Positions 27,911-37,727 of a DNA stretch of 64,000 bases are shown in pieces; the first letter of the stretch is position 1; the number at the start of each line of letters is the position of its first letter. A program made the position numbers and the translations under genes. A model generated the notes under the pieces. That model ran no database searches. It saw nothing but the letters and a program-made list of their open reading frames with translations, and was not told where the DNA came from. The stretch is taken from assembly GCA_036679645.1 (NCBI GenBank), contig JAZDCY010000056.1, positions 32,001 through 96,000 on the forward strand. Direction: 5' to 3'. Source of the stretch: Gemmatimonadota bacterium. Lineage in GTDB: Bacteria > Gemmatimonadota > Gemmatimonadetes > Gemmatimonadales > GWC2-71-9.

Positions 27911-29161
27911 GTGGTGACGGATATTCTGATTACGAGAGCCGGTGAGGAACCGGGGGCCGCGAGCTTCAAGATCGAGGTCCCCGCGGAGCGCGTGCAACAG
28001 TTCGAGCACACCGCGGCCTCGGCGTTTGCCAAACGGGCACGCCTCCCCGGATTCCGGAAGGGCAAGGCCCCGTTGGCGGTGGTGCGCAAGCGGTTTCACG
28101 ACGCAATTCGCGAGCAGGTTGTGCGAGACGTCGTCGGGGAGAGCTGGAAGGCGACGCTGGATCAAGAATCTCTCGAGCCCATTGCGGACCCGCGGGTGCA
28201 TGACCTGAAGTTTGAGGCTGGGTCATCGCTCACATTCGAGTTCCACGTTGAGCTCAAACCAGACGTTGCGGTCGGGCGCGTAGGCGGGTTCACTGTAACC
28301 CGGCAGCCACGCGCGGTGACCGACGAGATGGTCGATCACCACCTGGAGGAACTCCGTCGGCAGCGGGCACCCTGGGTCCCTGTCGAGGGGCGCCCGGCCG
28401 CGACGGGCGAGATGGTGAGTGTCACGCTGGCAACGCTTTCGGATGACGAGCCGGACGAGGCGAAGCCCTACCAGATCGTGCTAGGAGAGGATCAGGCAAT
28501 CCCGGATGTCGAGCGGCTCATCGGTACGCTCGAGCCCGGCGGGACCACCGATGGCGATGTGACGTTCCCCGACGATTTCCCCGACGAGAGTAAGCGGGGT
28601 CAGACGCGCCAAGTGCGTATCGTGCTACAGGAGGTCAAGCGACGCGATCTGCCCGACCTCGACGGCGCGTTCGCCGGCGAGGTAGGTGACTTCGACGACC
28701 TGGCTGCCCTCCGTACCGCCGTGCGCGAGGACATCGAGGCAGAGGCCCGTCGCGAGGCAGACGCCCACGTTCGCAAGCAACTCGTCGAGCAACTCGTGGC
28801 AGCCAACGACATCCCTGCCCCACGTCCACTGGTCGATCGGCTGCTGCACGCCTATCGTGAGGCCTACAGTATTCCCGACGAGACCCTCGAGCAGTTCTTC
28901 ACCGAGTTCCGTCCAATCGCGGAAGCCCAGGTGAAACGGGATCTGCTGCTCGACCAGATCGTCGCACAAGAGCATCTCCGCGCGTCGGAAGAAGAGCTGG
29001 ATTCGCGTATCGCCGAGATCGCGGAACGGCGCAACGCCGAGCCGGGTGAGGTGTACGCCCAATTGCAAAAGGCCAAGCGTCTCAAGGCACTGGAACAGAC
29101 GATCACCGAAGACAAGGTCTTCGATTTCCTGCTATCACAGTCCACGGTGACCGAGAGCTGA
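27911..29161 (+). CDS. tig: Trigger factor
   Basis: LPGFRKGKAP signature, FKBP-like VTFPDDF, C-terminal helical domain; upstream of clpP. Confidence 0.95.
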   Translation: MVTDILITRAGEEPGAASFKIEVPAERVQQFEHTAASAFAKRARLPGFRKGKAPLAVVRKRFHDAIREQVVRDVVGESWKATLDQESLEPIADPRVHDLKFEAGSSLTFEFHVELKPDVAVGRVGGFTVTRQPRAVTDEMVDHHLEELRRQRAPWVPVEGRPAATGEMVSVTLATLSDDEPDEAKPYQIVLGEDQAIPDVERLIGTLEPGGTTDGDVTFPDDFPDESKRGQTRQVRIVLQEVKRRDLPDLDGAFAGEVGDFDDLAALRTAVREDIEAEARREADAHVRKQLVEQLVAANDIPAPRPLVDRLLHAYREAYSIPDETLEQFFTEFRPIAEAQVKRDLLLDQIVAQEHLRASEEELDSRIAEIAERRNAEPGEVYAQLQKAKRLKALEQTITEDKVFDFLLSQSTVTES

Positions 29162-29167
29162 GGAGCC

Positions 29168-29782
29168 ATGTCCCCGATCTACCCCCCGTACATCATCGAA
29201 CGCTCCAGCCGCGGTGAACGGTCGTACGATATCTTCTCGCGACTGCTCATGGACCGGATCGTGTTCATGGGCGCGCCGATAAGCGACGATGTCGCCAACA
29301 TCGTCATTGCGCAGTTGCTGTTTCTCGAGGCGGACAACGACGAGCGAGACGTCTACCTCTATATCAACTCTCCGGGCGGGATCGTGTCGGCGGGTATGGC
29401 AATTTACGACACGATGCAATTCATGAAGGCGCCGGTGAACACGATCTGTATGGGGATGGCGGCGTCGATGGGCTCGTTCCTCCTCGCGGCCGGCACCAAG
29501 GGCAAGCGAGCGTCTCTTCCCCACGCGCGCATCATGATGCATCAGCCCTCGGGCGGGGCGCAGGGCTCCGCCGCCGACATCGAGATCCAGGCCCGGGAGA
29601 TTCTCTATCTGCGCCAGAAACTCAACGAACTCTACGCGACGCACACCGGTCAGACGACCGAAAAAATCGAGCAGGACATCGACCGAGATCGCTTCATGTC
29701 CGCCGAGGAAGCTGTAGAGTACGGCATCATCGACAAGGTAATCCAGCACAAGACCGATGCGGACGGCAAGAAGACTTCTTGA
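29168..29782 (+). CDS. clpP: ATP-dependent Clp protease proteolytic subunit
   Basis: [47 protein letters not shown]. Confidence 0.98.
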   Translation: MSPIYPPYIIERSSRGERSYDIFSRLLMDRIVFMGAPISDDVANIVIAQLLFLEADNDERDVYLYINSPGGIVSAGMAIYDTMQFMKAPVNTICMGMAASMGSFLLAAGTKGKRASLPHARIMMHQPSGGAQGSAADIEIQAREILYLRQKLNELYATHTGQTTEKIEQDIDRDRFMSAEEAVEYGIIDKVIQHKTDADGKKTS

Positions 29783-29832
29783 CGGGCTGCCGTTGAGGGT
29801 CCCATCTTAGCGGAGGGAACCCAAACAGACCG

Positions 29833-31077
29833 ATGGCGAGCGACAAGCATCTCCGCTGCTCTTTTTGCGGCAAGTCCAAAGACTCCGTCCGAAAGTTCAT
29901 TTCGGGCCCGTCGGTCTATATCTGCAACGAGTGCATCGCGCTCTGTAACGAGATTCTCGCCGAAGACGAAGAACGGGAGGTCGCCGAAGCAATCACGCAG
30001 GTCCCGACCCCTGCCGAGGTCAAGGACGTTCTAGACCAGTACGTGATCGGGCAGGATCGGGCCAAGCGGACGTTGTCCGTTTCGGTCTACACCCACTCCA
30101 AGCGCATCAACTCGCAATCGCTGCGCGACGACGACGTCGAACTCGAGAAGTCGAACATCTTGCTGCTCGGCCCGACCGGTGTGGGAAAGACGCTGCTCGC
30201 GCAGACGCTGGCGCGGCTCTTGGACGTGCCGTTCACTATCGCCGATGCCACGACGCTGACAGAGGCGGGCTATGTCGGGGAGGATGTCGAGAACATTCTC
30301 GTGCGGCTCTTGCAGGCGGGCGACTTCAATGTCACCGAGTGCGAACACGGTATTGTCTATATCGACGAACTCGACAAGGTAGCGCGAAAGAGCGAGAACC
30401 CGAGCATCACACGAGACGTCTCGGGAGAGGGCGTTCAGCAGGCCCTGCTCAAGATCCTCGAGGGTACGGTCGCGTCGGTGCCGCCACAGGGGGGCCGCAA
30501 GCATCCGCAGCAGGAGTACATCCAAATCAACACGCGGGACATCCTGTTCATATGTGGCGGGGCGTTCGACGGGCTAGACAAGATCATCGAGGCCCGCACC
30601 GGACGTCGGCAGATCGGGTTCTCGAAGGAAGAAGTCGAGACCGGTAAGGCCCAGGCGCTGCAGCAGAACCCCTATCTCGACGTCGAGCCCGACGATCTCC
30701 TCCGCTACGGCCTCATACCCGAGCTGGTCGGCCGGCTTCCCGTCATCTGTTCGCTCGATTCGCTCGACGAGGATTCGCTCGTGCGCATCCTTGTCGAGCC
30801 CAAGAATGCGCTCACCAAGCAGTATCACAAACTGTTCGAACTCGAGAACGTCGGCCTCACGTTCGAGCCCGACGCGCTGCGCGCCGTCGCCGCTCGGGCC
30901 ATCAAGCGCGGTACGGGCGCTCGGGGCCTGCGCGCCATTCTCGAGGACATGATGACGGACATCATGTTCGACCTACCCGACCGTACTGACGTACGGGAGG
31001 TGGTGATCACGCGCGAATGTGTCACCGAGGGTCGTACGCCGCTCCTCGTGACGGAACCGCACAAGAAGGAAGCCTGA
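29833..31077 (+). CDS. clpX: ATP-dependent Clp protease ATP-binding subunit ClpX
   Basis: CSFCGK..ICNEC zinc finger, [24 protein letters not shown] loop, GARGLR. Confidence 0.98.
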   Translation: MASDKHLRCSFCGKSKDSVRKFISGPSVYICNECIALCNEILAEDEEREVAEAITQVPTPAEVKDVLDQYVIGQDRAKRTLSVSVYTHSKRINSQSLRDDDVELEKSNILLLGPTGVGKTLLAQTLARLLDVPFTIADATTLTEAGYVGEDVENILVRLLQAGDFNVTECEHGIVYIDELDKVARKSENPSITRDVSGEGVQQALLKILEGTVASVPPQGGRKHPQQEYIQINTRDILFICGGAFDGLDKIIEARTGRRQIGFSKEEVETGKAQALQQNPYLDVEPDDLLRYGLIPELVGRLPVICSLDSLDEDSLVRILVEPKNALTKQYHKLFELENVGLTFEPDALRAVAARAIKRGTGARGLRAILEDMMTDIMFDLPDRTDVREVVITRECVTEGRTPLLVTEPHKKEA

Positions 31078-31676
31078 CACCCGTCACGTTCGTCGGAAGC
31101 TACCCCACTGCCGACTTCCGCCTCGCCCCTCCAATGCCGGAGCTTGCCATTGTCGGCCGATCCAACGTCGGGAAGTCGTCGCTGCTAAACGCGCTCGTCG
31201 GTCGCAGGGCCCTCGCGCGGACCAGCCAGACGCCGGGCAAGACGCAGATGTGCACCGTCTACGACGTGGGCGACGGCTCGTATCTCGTGGACCTGCCCGG
31301 GTACGGCTACGCCCAGGCATCTCGCGAGGCGCGCGCAGGGTTCCGCACGTTGCTGAACAGTTATCTCACGACGCGGGAGCCCCTGGCCGGAGTCATGTGG
31401 CTCCTCGATATGCGGCGCGACCCGTCGACGCAGGACCTTGCGATGGGCGACCTGCTTGCGACTCGCGGCGTGCCGGTCCTGGTCGTGCTCACGAAATCCG
31501 ACAAGGTCCCCCGCGCGGGCCGGCGCGACCGGACCGATGCCATTGCGGATCAGGTCGGCGTCCCCGGAGATCAATGCGTGGTGACCTCGGCCCACCGGAA
31601 AGAGGGAATTGACGCGCTACGAGCGTCGGTGGCGGACCTGCTGTCCCGGGCCGACACTTTGCCGGGGACGCGATGA
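31074..31676 (+). CDS. engB: GTP-binding protein EngB/YihA
   Basis: [26 protein letters not shown]. Start uncertain (CTG 31074 or ATG 31017). Confidence 0.92.
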   Translation: MTPVTFVGSYPTADFRLAPPMPELAIVGRSNVGKSSLLNALVGRRALARTSQTPGKTQMCTVYDVGDGSYLVDLPGYGYAQASREARAGFRTLLNSYLTTREPLAGVMWLLDMRRDPSTQDLAMGDLLATRGVPVLVVLTKSDKVPRAGRRDRTDAIADQVGVPGDQCVVTSAHRKEGIDALRASVADLLSRADTLPGTR

Positions 31677-32293
31677 ACAAGGCCCCAGACGCCGTGCTTG
31701 TGATGCTCCTGACCGCCATGCCGCTCACCGCCGCCGCGCAGGACTCCACGCGTGCCCTCGCCGAGGACATCCCGCCGGCGGGGTACGGGACGCTGCATCG
31801 GGAAGACATCGATCTGCGCCTTCAGGTGGGTGACATTCAGGTCACGATGCTCCCGTTGGACGAACGCGTGATCCGTCTGCTCTCCCAGGACTCGTACAGC
31901 GCGCTCGCCAGCCTCAAGAGGTTCAAGGCAGATACGATTGCCAAGGCGGCCCGGATGTACGGCGTCCGCCAGCCCACCCTGTTCGTTGTGACGTTTTTTG
32001 GGCTGCGCGAGCGGGCGCGCTTCACCCCGGAGGACGTCACGATCCAGAGTAGCGGCCGGTTTTTTCGCCCGATCGCCATCATTCCCCTCGCGCAGCGGTG
32101 GGGTGAGCAGGAACTGCGGCAGCGGGAGACCACGTTCGCGATTTATCTCTACGAAGATGACATCGAGGTGCTCGAGCCGTTCACGATGTCCTATGCGGGC
32201 TTCTCGACGGCTATCTGGGAGCGCATCCTGCGTCGGCTCGACGCCGAACGGGCCGCGGTCCGCTCACGCGCTGCCCACCGGGAGAACCCATGA
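31673..32293 (+). CDS. Secreted hypothetical protein
   Basis: Signal peptide ending AAA-Q; ATGA overlap with engB. Confidence 0.7.
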   Translation: MNKAPDAVLVMLLTAMPLTAAAQDSTRALAEDIPPAGYGTLHREDIDLRLQVGDIQVTMLPLDERVIRLLSQDSYSALASLKRFKADTIAKAARMYGVRQPTLFVVTFFGLRERARFTPEDVTIQSSGRFFRPIAIIPLAQRWGEQELRQRETTFAIYLYEDDIEVLEPFTMSYAGFSTAIWERILRRLDAERAAVRSRAAHRENP

Positions 32294-32436
32294 TCGCATT
32301 GGACGCAGGATGCGTTCGGAGACCCGGCGGACATTGGCCAATCCGGTCCTGAGTCTCCGCTAGGCCGTTTTCTTTACTCGTCGAGGGTTGTATGCCGCGC
32401 TGGCCGCTACGCACGTTGTCGCCGTCCGAGCCCGCC

Positions 32437-33213
32437 ATGTCGGTCTATAGCGAGTGGCTCGAGCAGGTCGAGGATAGGCTCGGCGATCCGGACGGTGACT
32501 GGTATCGCCTCTGCCGGGAGATCCTGTTCGCACTATACCATCCCGGCCTCGGCGACTATGACGCACTTGTCAAGGATCCCGCGACACCTCTGGCTACACG
32601 AGCCGCCCTGCTTGCGCTCGATCCGCACCACATCACGCTGGAGCCCGAGTACTATCACGAGAAAGACGAGGAAAAGTACGACCGCGTGAAGCCGTTGTTG
32701 TGGCTGTGGCAGAGTTTCGACCGGTCCCCGCTCGGTGGGGGAAATGTCGATCTCGCCGTGCGGTTTCGGCGGCTGCTTGCCCGGCACGTTTTCCGGTCGT
32801 GCGGCGAGAACTTCAAGTGTTTCCAGTACGTGGAATTCTCGTTCGGGTATAACATGGAGGTTGGAGATAACGTCGTCGTGCATCGACATGTTCTGCTCGA
32901 TGACCGCGAGACGCTGGTCCTCTCCGATCGTACTTCGATCGCGGACTACGCGAACGTGTACACGCACACGCACAGCATCGACGATCAGGCAGACGTGACC
33001 GCCACTCCAACGGTACTCGATCCGGGCACGCGCATCACATACCACGCGACGGTGCTGGCCGGCGTGCACATTGGCGAACAGGGGATGCTCGGTGCAATGG
33101 CTCTCGCCACCAAGGACATCCGTCCCTACCACCTGCACCTCGGCATTCCAGCACGCTCGAAGATGGTCAAGCCCGGCGCGCCGCCCGAACACGGCGGCTC
33201 CGTAGACCGGTGA
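32437..33213 (+). CDS. Acyltransferase, left-handed beta-helix (hexapeptide repeat) family
   Basis: VGDNVVVH, IADYANVYTHTH, VLAGVHIGEQGMLGA.A..TKD, GIPAR. Confidence 0.85.
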   Translation: MSVYSEWLEQVEDRLGDPDGDWYRLCREILFALYHPGLGDYDALVKDPATPLATRAALLALDPHHITLEPEYYHEKDEEKYDRVKPLLWLWQSFDRSPLGGGNVDLAVRFRRLLARHVFRSCGENFKCFQYVEFSFGYNMEVGDNVVVHRHVLLDDRETLVLSDRTSIADYANVYTHTHSIDDQADVTATPTVLDPGTRITYHATVLAGVHIGEQGMLGAMALATKDIRPYHLHLGIPARSKMVKPGAPPEHGGSVDR

Positions 33214-35327
33214 TTTTCTGGCTCGCCGCCGGGCTCGTGGCGGCGGCCGCCATGATCGTCGGCTACCGCTGGGGGTCGGCCCGCAGCACGCGCCGCGTCA
33301 CCACGGATCTCGAGGTGGCACGAGCCGAGGTCGCCCGCCGGCTCGAGGAGATCTACTCCTTTCAGGAGCTCTCGTTCACCCTCTCCGAGTCGCTCCAGCC
33401 AGACCGCATTGCGGAACGGATGACGGCATACCTCAAGCGCTTCCTGAAAACGGACGGATCGCTCGTGGCGCTCACCGCCGATGGCGGCAAGACAATGCGG
33501 ATCGCGGCCGCCGAGGGGGGTCTGCAACACCTGGCACATACCGAGATCTTGGAAGGCGACAGCGGCCGCCTCGTACAGGCCATGGGAAAGGAACGGCTGG
33601 AACTCGTCGAGCGCGGGGACGGCGACCAGCCGACCCTAGTAGGAGACACCACGGTCGAGCGCGCGGCGATCCTCCCGCTGCGCGCGCACGGAGTCACGGT
33701 GGGCGCACTCACCGTGTGTGGTTTTGCCGAGCAGCCCTTCTCGACCGACCAATTGCGCCTGCTGTCGACCGTGGCGACGCACGCCGCGATCGTGCTCTCG
33801 AATGCCCGGTTCTTCGATCTCGTCCGCGCAGGTCGCGATCAGTGGGAGACGACGTTCAACGCGATCGCAGAAGGGATAGCCGTTGTGGACGAGGGCGGTA
33901 ACGTTCAGCGGGCCAACTCGGCGCTCGCCCATCTGCTGGGTGCGTCGGTGCCTTCGCTCGCCGGAACGTCGTTTGTCGAGACATTGGGTAGCTCGCCTGA
34001 GGTGGGGACCCTGATCGAGTCCGCCCTCCGCGGTGACCCGAGTGGCGTGCACGTGGAACACGTTGCAGCGCTCGATCGGACGCTGCGCGTCTCGGCGGCT
34101 CCCATGCGCGGGCCGGAATCAGCCGCGTGGGCAGTGGTGCTCGTGGAGGACGTCACCGAGGAACAGGCGCTCGAGTCACAGCTCATTCAGCACGAGAAGA
34201 TGGCAGCGGTCGGTCAGCTCGTTTCCGGTATCGCCCACGAGTTGAACAATCCGCTCACCTCGATTGCCGGGCTCGCGGAGTTTCTGCTGGAACAGAGCAC
34301 CGCGACGGAGCGCGAGCGCGAACACCTGCGCGTCATTCACGAGCAGGCCGACCGGGCGGGAAGGATCGTGCGTAACCTACTAACCTTTGCGCGCAAAGAC
34401 GCCGAGGACATCGGCGAGGTAGACCTGAATGACATCGTGCAGCGAACGGTGTCCCTCGTCGGTTACGAGATGCGACTGCGGGAGGTAGACGTCGAGTGGA
34501 CCTTCGACGGTGAGCTGCCCGCTATCCAGGGGGATCGCTACGAACTTCAGCAGGTCGTGCTGAATCTCCTAACCAACGCCGCGCAGGCAGTCGAGCACAA
34601 TCCCCCGGACCGTCCCCGCCATGTCTCGATCGGCACGGCGCACGATGATACGGGGATCACGCTACGGGTCGCCGATTCCGGACCGGGCATTCCCGACGAC
34701 ATCGCCACCTGCGTGTTCACGCCGTTCTTCACAACGAAGGCGCCCGGAAGCGGTACGGGCTTGGGACTGTCGATCTCCTTTCAGATCGTCCAACGGCACG
34801 GTGGGACGCTCACGGTACGACGTGGGGTGGACGGGGGTGCCTTGTTCGAGGTGCGGCTTCCCGTCGGCATCCCGGCAGCACGTCTGCCCGATGGAGCGCC
34901 GGATAGCGCCGTTACCGCCCCGCCCGACGGCAAGAGCGTTTCGCCGCAGCGTATCCTGCTGCTCGACGACGACCCCGCGGTACGCCGAATGATCAGCGTG
35001 ATCCTCGCTTCGGACGCGACGGTCGATGCCGCACACGGCGCGGAGGACGCCGCCCGGAAGCTCGAGGAACGGGCCTACGATCTCGTGATCGCGGACCCAC
35101 GCGCCGCCGTCTCGGCAGGTGAGCGCTTCGGTGACCATCTCGCGCGCCGTTGGCCACAGTACCTCCCGCGTACCATCCTCGTGACCGCCGACGTGCGGCC
35201 CGAGACGCAAGCCTGGCTGGACGGCATGGGATGCCGCTACTTCGTGAAGCCGTTTCGCATTGGGGAGTTGAAGAGCGCGGCCGCGCATATCTTGGCGCGC
35301 ACAGCGGAAGCGGAAGAGGGCAGCTAG
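33210..35327 (+). CDS. Hybrid sensor histidine kinase (TM-GAF-PAS-HisKA-HATPase-REC)
   Basis: GIAHELNNPL H-box, NLLTNA, DSGPGI, FFTTK, GTGLGL; C-terminal ILLLDDD..KPF receiver. Confidence 0.93.
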   Translation: MIFWLAAGLVAAAAMIVGYRWGSARSTRRVTTDLEVARAEVARRLEEIYSFQELSFTLSESLQPDRIAERMTAYLKRFLKTDGSLVALTADGGKTMRIAAAEGGLQHLAHTEILEGDSGRLVQAMGKERLELVERGDGDQPTLVGDTTVERAAILPLRAHGVTVGALTVCGFAEQPFSTDQLRLLSTVATHAAIVLSNARFFDLVRAGRDQWETTFNAIAEGIAVVDEGGNVQRANSALAHLLGASVPSLAGTSFVETLGSSPEVGTLIESALRGDPSGVHVEHVAALDRTLRVSAAPMRGPESAAWAVVLVEDVTEEQALESQLIQHEKMAAVGQLVSGIAHELNNPLTSIAGLAEFLLEQSTATEREREHLRVIHEQADRAGRIVRNLLTFARKDAEDIGEVDLNDIVQRTVSLVGYEMRLREVDVEWTFDGELPAIQGDRYELQQVVLNLLTNAAQAVEHNPPDRPRHVSIGTAHDDTGITLRVADSGPGIPDDIATCVFTPFFTTKAPGSGTGLGLSISFQIVQRHGGTLTVRRGVDGGALFEVRLPVGIPAARLPDGAPDSAVTAPPDGKSVSPQRILLLDDDPAVRRMISVILASDATVDAAHGAEDAARKLEERAYDLVIADPRAAVSAGERFGDHLARRWPQYLPRTILVTADVRPETQAWLDGMGCRYFVKPFRIGELKSAAAHILARTAEAEEGS

Positions 35328-37624
35328 TTCGCGGCGCGCCGCGTGCGGCGCAGGACCGCATCCAGACGCGCCGACAAGGCCCGTGCGCGGAACGGCTTGC
35401 TCAGGAAATCGTCGGCCCCAAACTCGAACACCCGGACCTCGTTCTCCTCATCGCCGCGTGCGGTCAGGACGACCACCGGAATGTGTTCCGTCCCGCGACG
35501 TGACCGCAGATGGGAGAGAACCCCGTAGCCGTCGAGACCGGGAAGATTGAGATCTAGCACGATGATATCGGGACCATGCCGGTCGACCTGATCGAGCGCC
35601 TCCACACCCTCGCGTGCCTCGATCACCGTGTACCCGTCCCGTTCGAGCAGGTCGCGCATGACACGGCGCAATTGGTCCTCATCATCGACGAGGAGTACCG
35701 TCGCCGCCTGACGCCGTCCCTGCCGGTCGGTGATCTCGACGGGTTTCTGGATGCCCGGCTCGAGCAGATCGAAGGCACCGTCAAAGGACTCATCCGAGGC
35801 GGAGGCTTTGCCGGAGGAGCGCCGTTTGCGCGGGGAGCCGTCCTCGTCCGCGGCGGTCGCACTGCCATCCTCGTGCGCCGCCCTCCGCGCAGCGGAGACT
35901 CGCGCCTCCTCGGGAGTCTCATCTTCCTGCGGCACGTCTACCACGCGGAGCAGTTCCTCGATTGTCGAGTCACCATGCATGACATGTGCGAGCCCGCTCA
36001 CCCACATGGACTTCATGCCGCCGCGCACGGCGGCATCGGCGATCTTGTCAGCCGTCTCATTCGCGCCGATCGACCGTTCCACCTCGGGAGTAACGCGCAA
36101 GACCTCCACGATCGAAAACCGGCCGCGGTACCCCGTCATGGCGCATTCTTCGCATCCGACGGCCCGGTACAGCGGCGTGTCGGATGGGATCCAGCGCATG
36201 AGTTTAGGTGGAATCGACTCCACCCAGACCTCCTTGCATGAGGTGCACAACAGGCGCATCAGACGCTGCGCAACCACACCCCGCACCGCCGTTGCGATCT
36301 TGAAACTCTCGATGCCGATATCGACCAACCGAGTCACCGCATTCGCCGCGTCGTTGGTGTGCAGGGTGGAAAGCACCAGGTGGCCCGTGAGCGCTGCCTG
36401 GACGGCGACCTGCGCCGTCTCGCGATCGCGGATCTCTCCAACGAGGACGACGTCGGGATCCTGGCGCAAGATCGATCGAAGCGCGGACGCGAACGTGAGT
36501 CCGGCCTTCTCGTGCACCTGCACCTGCACGATTCCCTGCAGGCGGTACTCCACCGGATCTTCCACGGTCACGATGTTGACACCCTCGCTCTGCACGTGCT
36601 TCAGCGCCGAGTAGAGTGTAGTCGTCTTGCCGGACCCGGTGGGGCCGGTCACGAGAATCACACCGTCTCGGAACTCCAGGAGTTCGATGATCGCCTGCTG
36701 TTCTTCCTCGTTCAGCCCGAGCGCCTCGAGCGACAGTGCCGTGCGGCTTGAGTCGAGGATACGGATGACGACCTTTTCCCCAAGCGACGCGGGGAGCGTC
36801 GAGACGCGAAGGTCCACGGGCACGCCGTTGACCGCCACACGCGCGCGGCCGTCCTGCGGGCGAAGGCGATCGGCGATATCCAACGACGAGATGATCTTTA
36901 GACGGGAGATGAGCGGCAGTCCAGCCGCGCGCGGAACCTTCATCACCTGGCGAAGCACGCCGTCGATGCGGTAGCGGACGGCTACCCCACCTTCTTCGGG
37001 CTCTATGTGGATGTCGCTGGCCCGGGAAATGATCCCCTCGGACAGAATCAGATCCACGAGGCGAACGACCGGGCGCTCGGACGCCTCTTCCGCCGAGATG
37101 GAGAAGTCTTCGCTTTCGGGAATCTCGTCATCGAGCTGCGTGATTTCCGTCTCGCTCATGCCTTCGAGCAGCTTGTCAATCACGTTTTCCGGGCGATAGA
37201 GCTCGTCGATCTTGTCCCCAATTTGCGACGGACTTGCGAGCAGGACCCTCACTTCGCGCCCCGTGGCGAACGCCAGGGTTTTCTCGCAATCGAGGTCGAA
37301 TGGGTTTGCGGTGGCGATCTCCATGTAGGAATCGGTCACGTGAATTGGCAGCACGTGATATCGGCGAGCGACTTGCTCGGGGACGACGTCCCGCGCCGAC
37401 CGCTCGCTCTGCGCGAAATCGGCGAGTTTGAGACGGAACCGCGTGGCCAGCGCCCCGATAATCTGCTCGTCGGTCGCCAACTCCTTCGCGACGGCCGTTC
37501 CCCACAACGAATCGGCGGCGTCTTTGTCCGACCGGAGAGCATCAACCTGCTCGCGCCCTAGGAGCTCCTCCAAGGTGGGGGAGAGCCACTCGTCGGTGAA
37601 CGATTTTTCTTGTCCGTCTGCCAC
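35324..37624 (-). CDS. PilB/GspE-type secretion/pilus assembly ATPase fused to a C-terminal receiver domain
   Basis: ASDIHIEP, PQDGR, GPTGSGKTTTLY, TVEDPVE, LRQDPD, GHLVLSTLH, tetracysteine motif; then VLLVDDE..LDLNLP..LTA..KPF. Confidence 0.93.
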   Translation of the reverse strand: MADGQEKSFTDEWLSPTLEELLGREQVDALRSDKDAADSLWGTAVAKELATDEQIIGALATRFRLKLADFAQSERSARDVVPEQVARRYHVLPIHVTDSYMEIATANPFDLDCEKTLAFATGREVRVLLASPSQIGDKIDELYRPENVIDKLLEGMSETEITQLDDEIPESEDFSISAEEASERPVVRLVDLILSEGIISRASDIHIEPEEGGVAVRYRIDGVLRQVMKVPRAAGLPLISRLKIISSLDIADRLRPQDGRARVAVNGVPVDLRVSTLPASLGEKVVIRILDSSRTALSLEALGLNEEEQQAIIELLEFRDGVILVTGPTGSGKTTTLYSALKHVQSEGVNIVTVEDPVEYRLQGIVQVQVHEKAGLTFASALRSILRQDPDVVLVGEIRDRETAQVAVQAALTGHLVLSTLHTNDAANAVTRLVDIGIESFKIATAVRGVVAQRLMRLLCTSCKEVWVESIPPKLMRWIPSDTPLYRAVGCEECAMTGYRGRFSIVEVLRVTPEVERSIGANETADKIADAAVRGGMKSMWVSGLAHVMHGDSTIEELLRVVDVPQEDETPEEARVSAARRAAHEDGSATAADEDGSPRKRRSSGKASASDESFDGAFDLLEPGIQKPVEITDRQGRRQAATVLLVDDEDQLRRVMRDLLERDGYTVIEAREGVEALDQVDRHGPDIIVLDLNLPGLDGYGVLSHLRSRRGTEHIPVVVLTARGDEENEVRVFEFGADDFLSKPFRARALSARLDAVLRRTRRAAN

Positions 37625-37727
37625 CGATATTCCGTCCTTGTGCCACAGCCTGATTAAAGTAACGGTCTCCAGAAGCGTGGGCTATACTCTGCGCCCTGAA
37701 CCGTCGGTCCCGCAGGGACTTGGTGCA

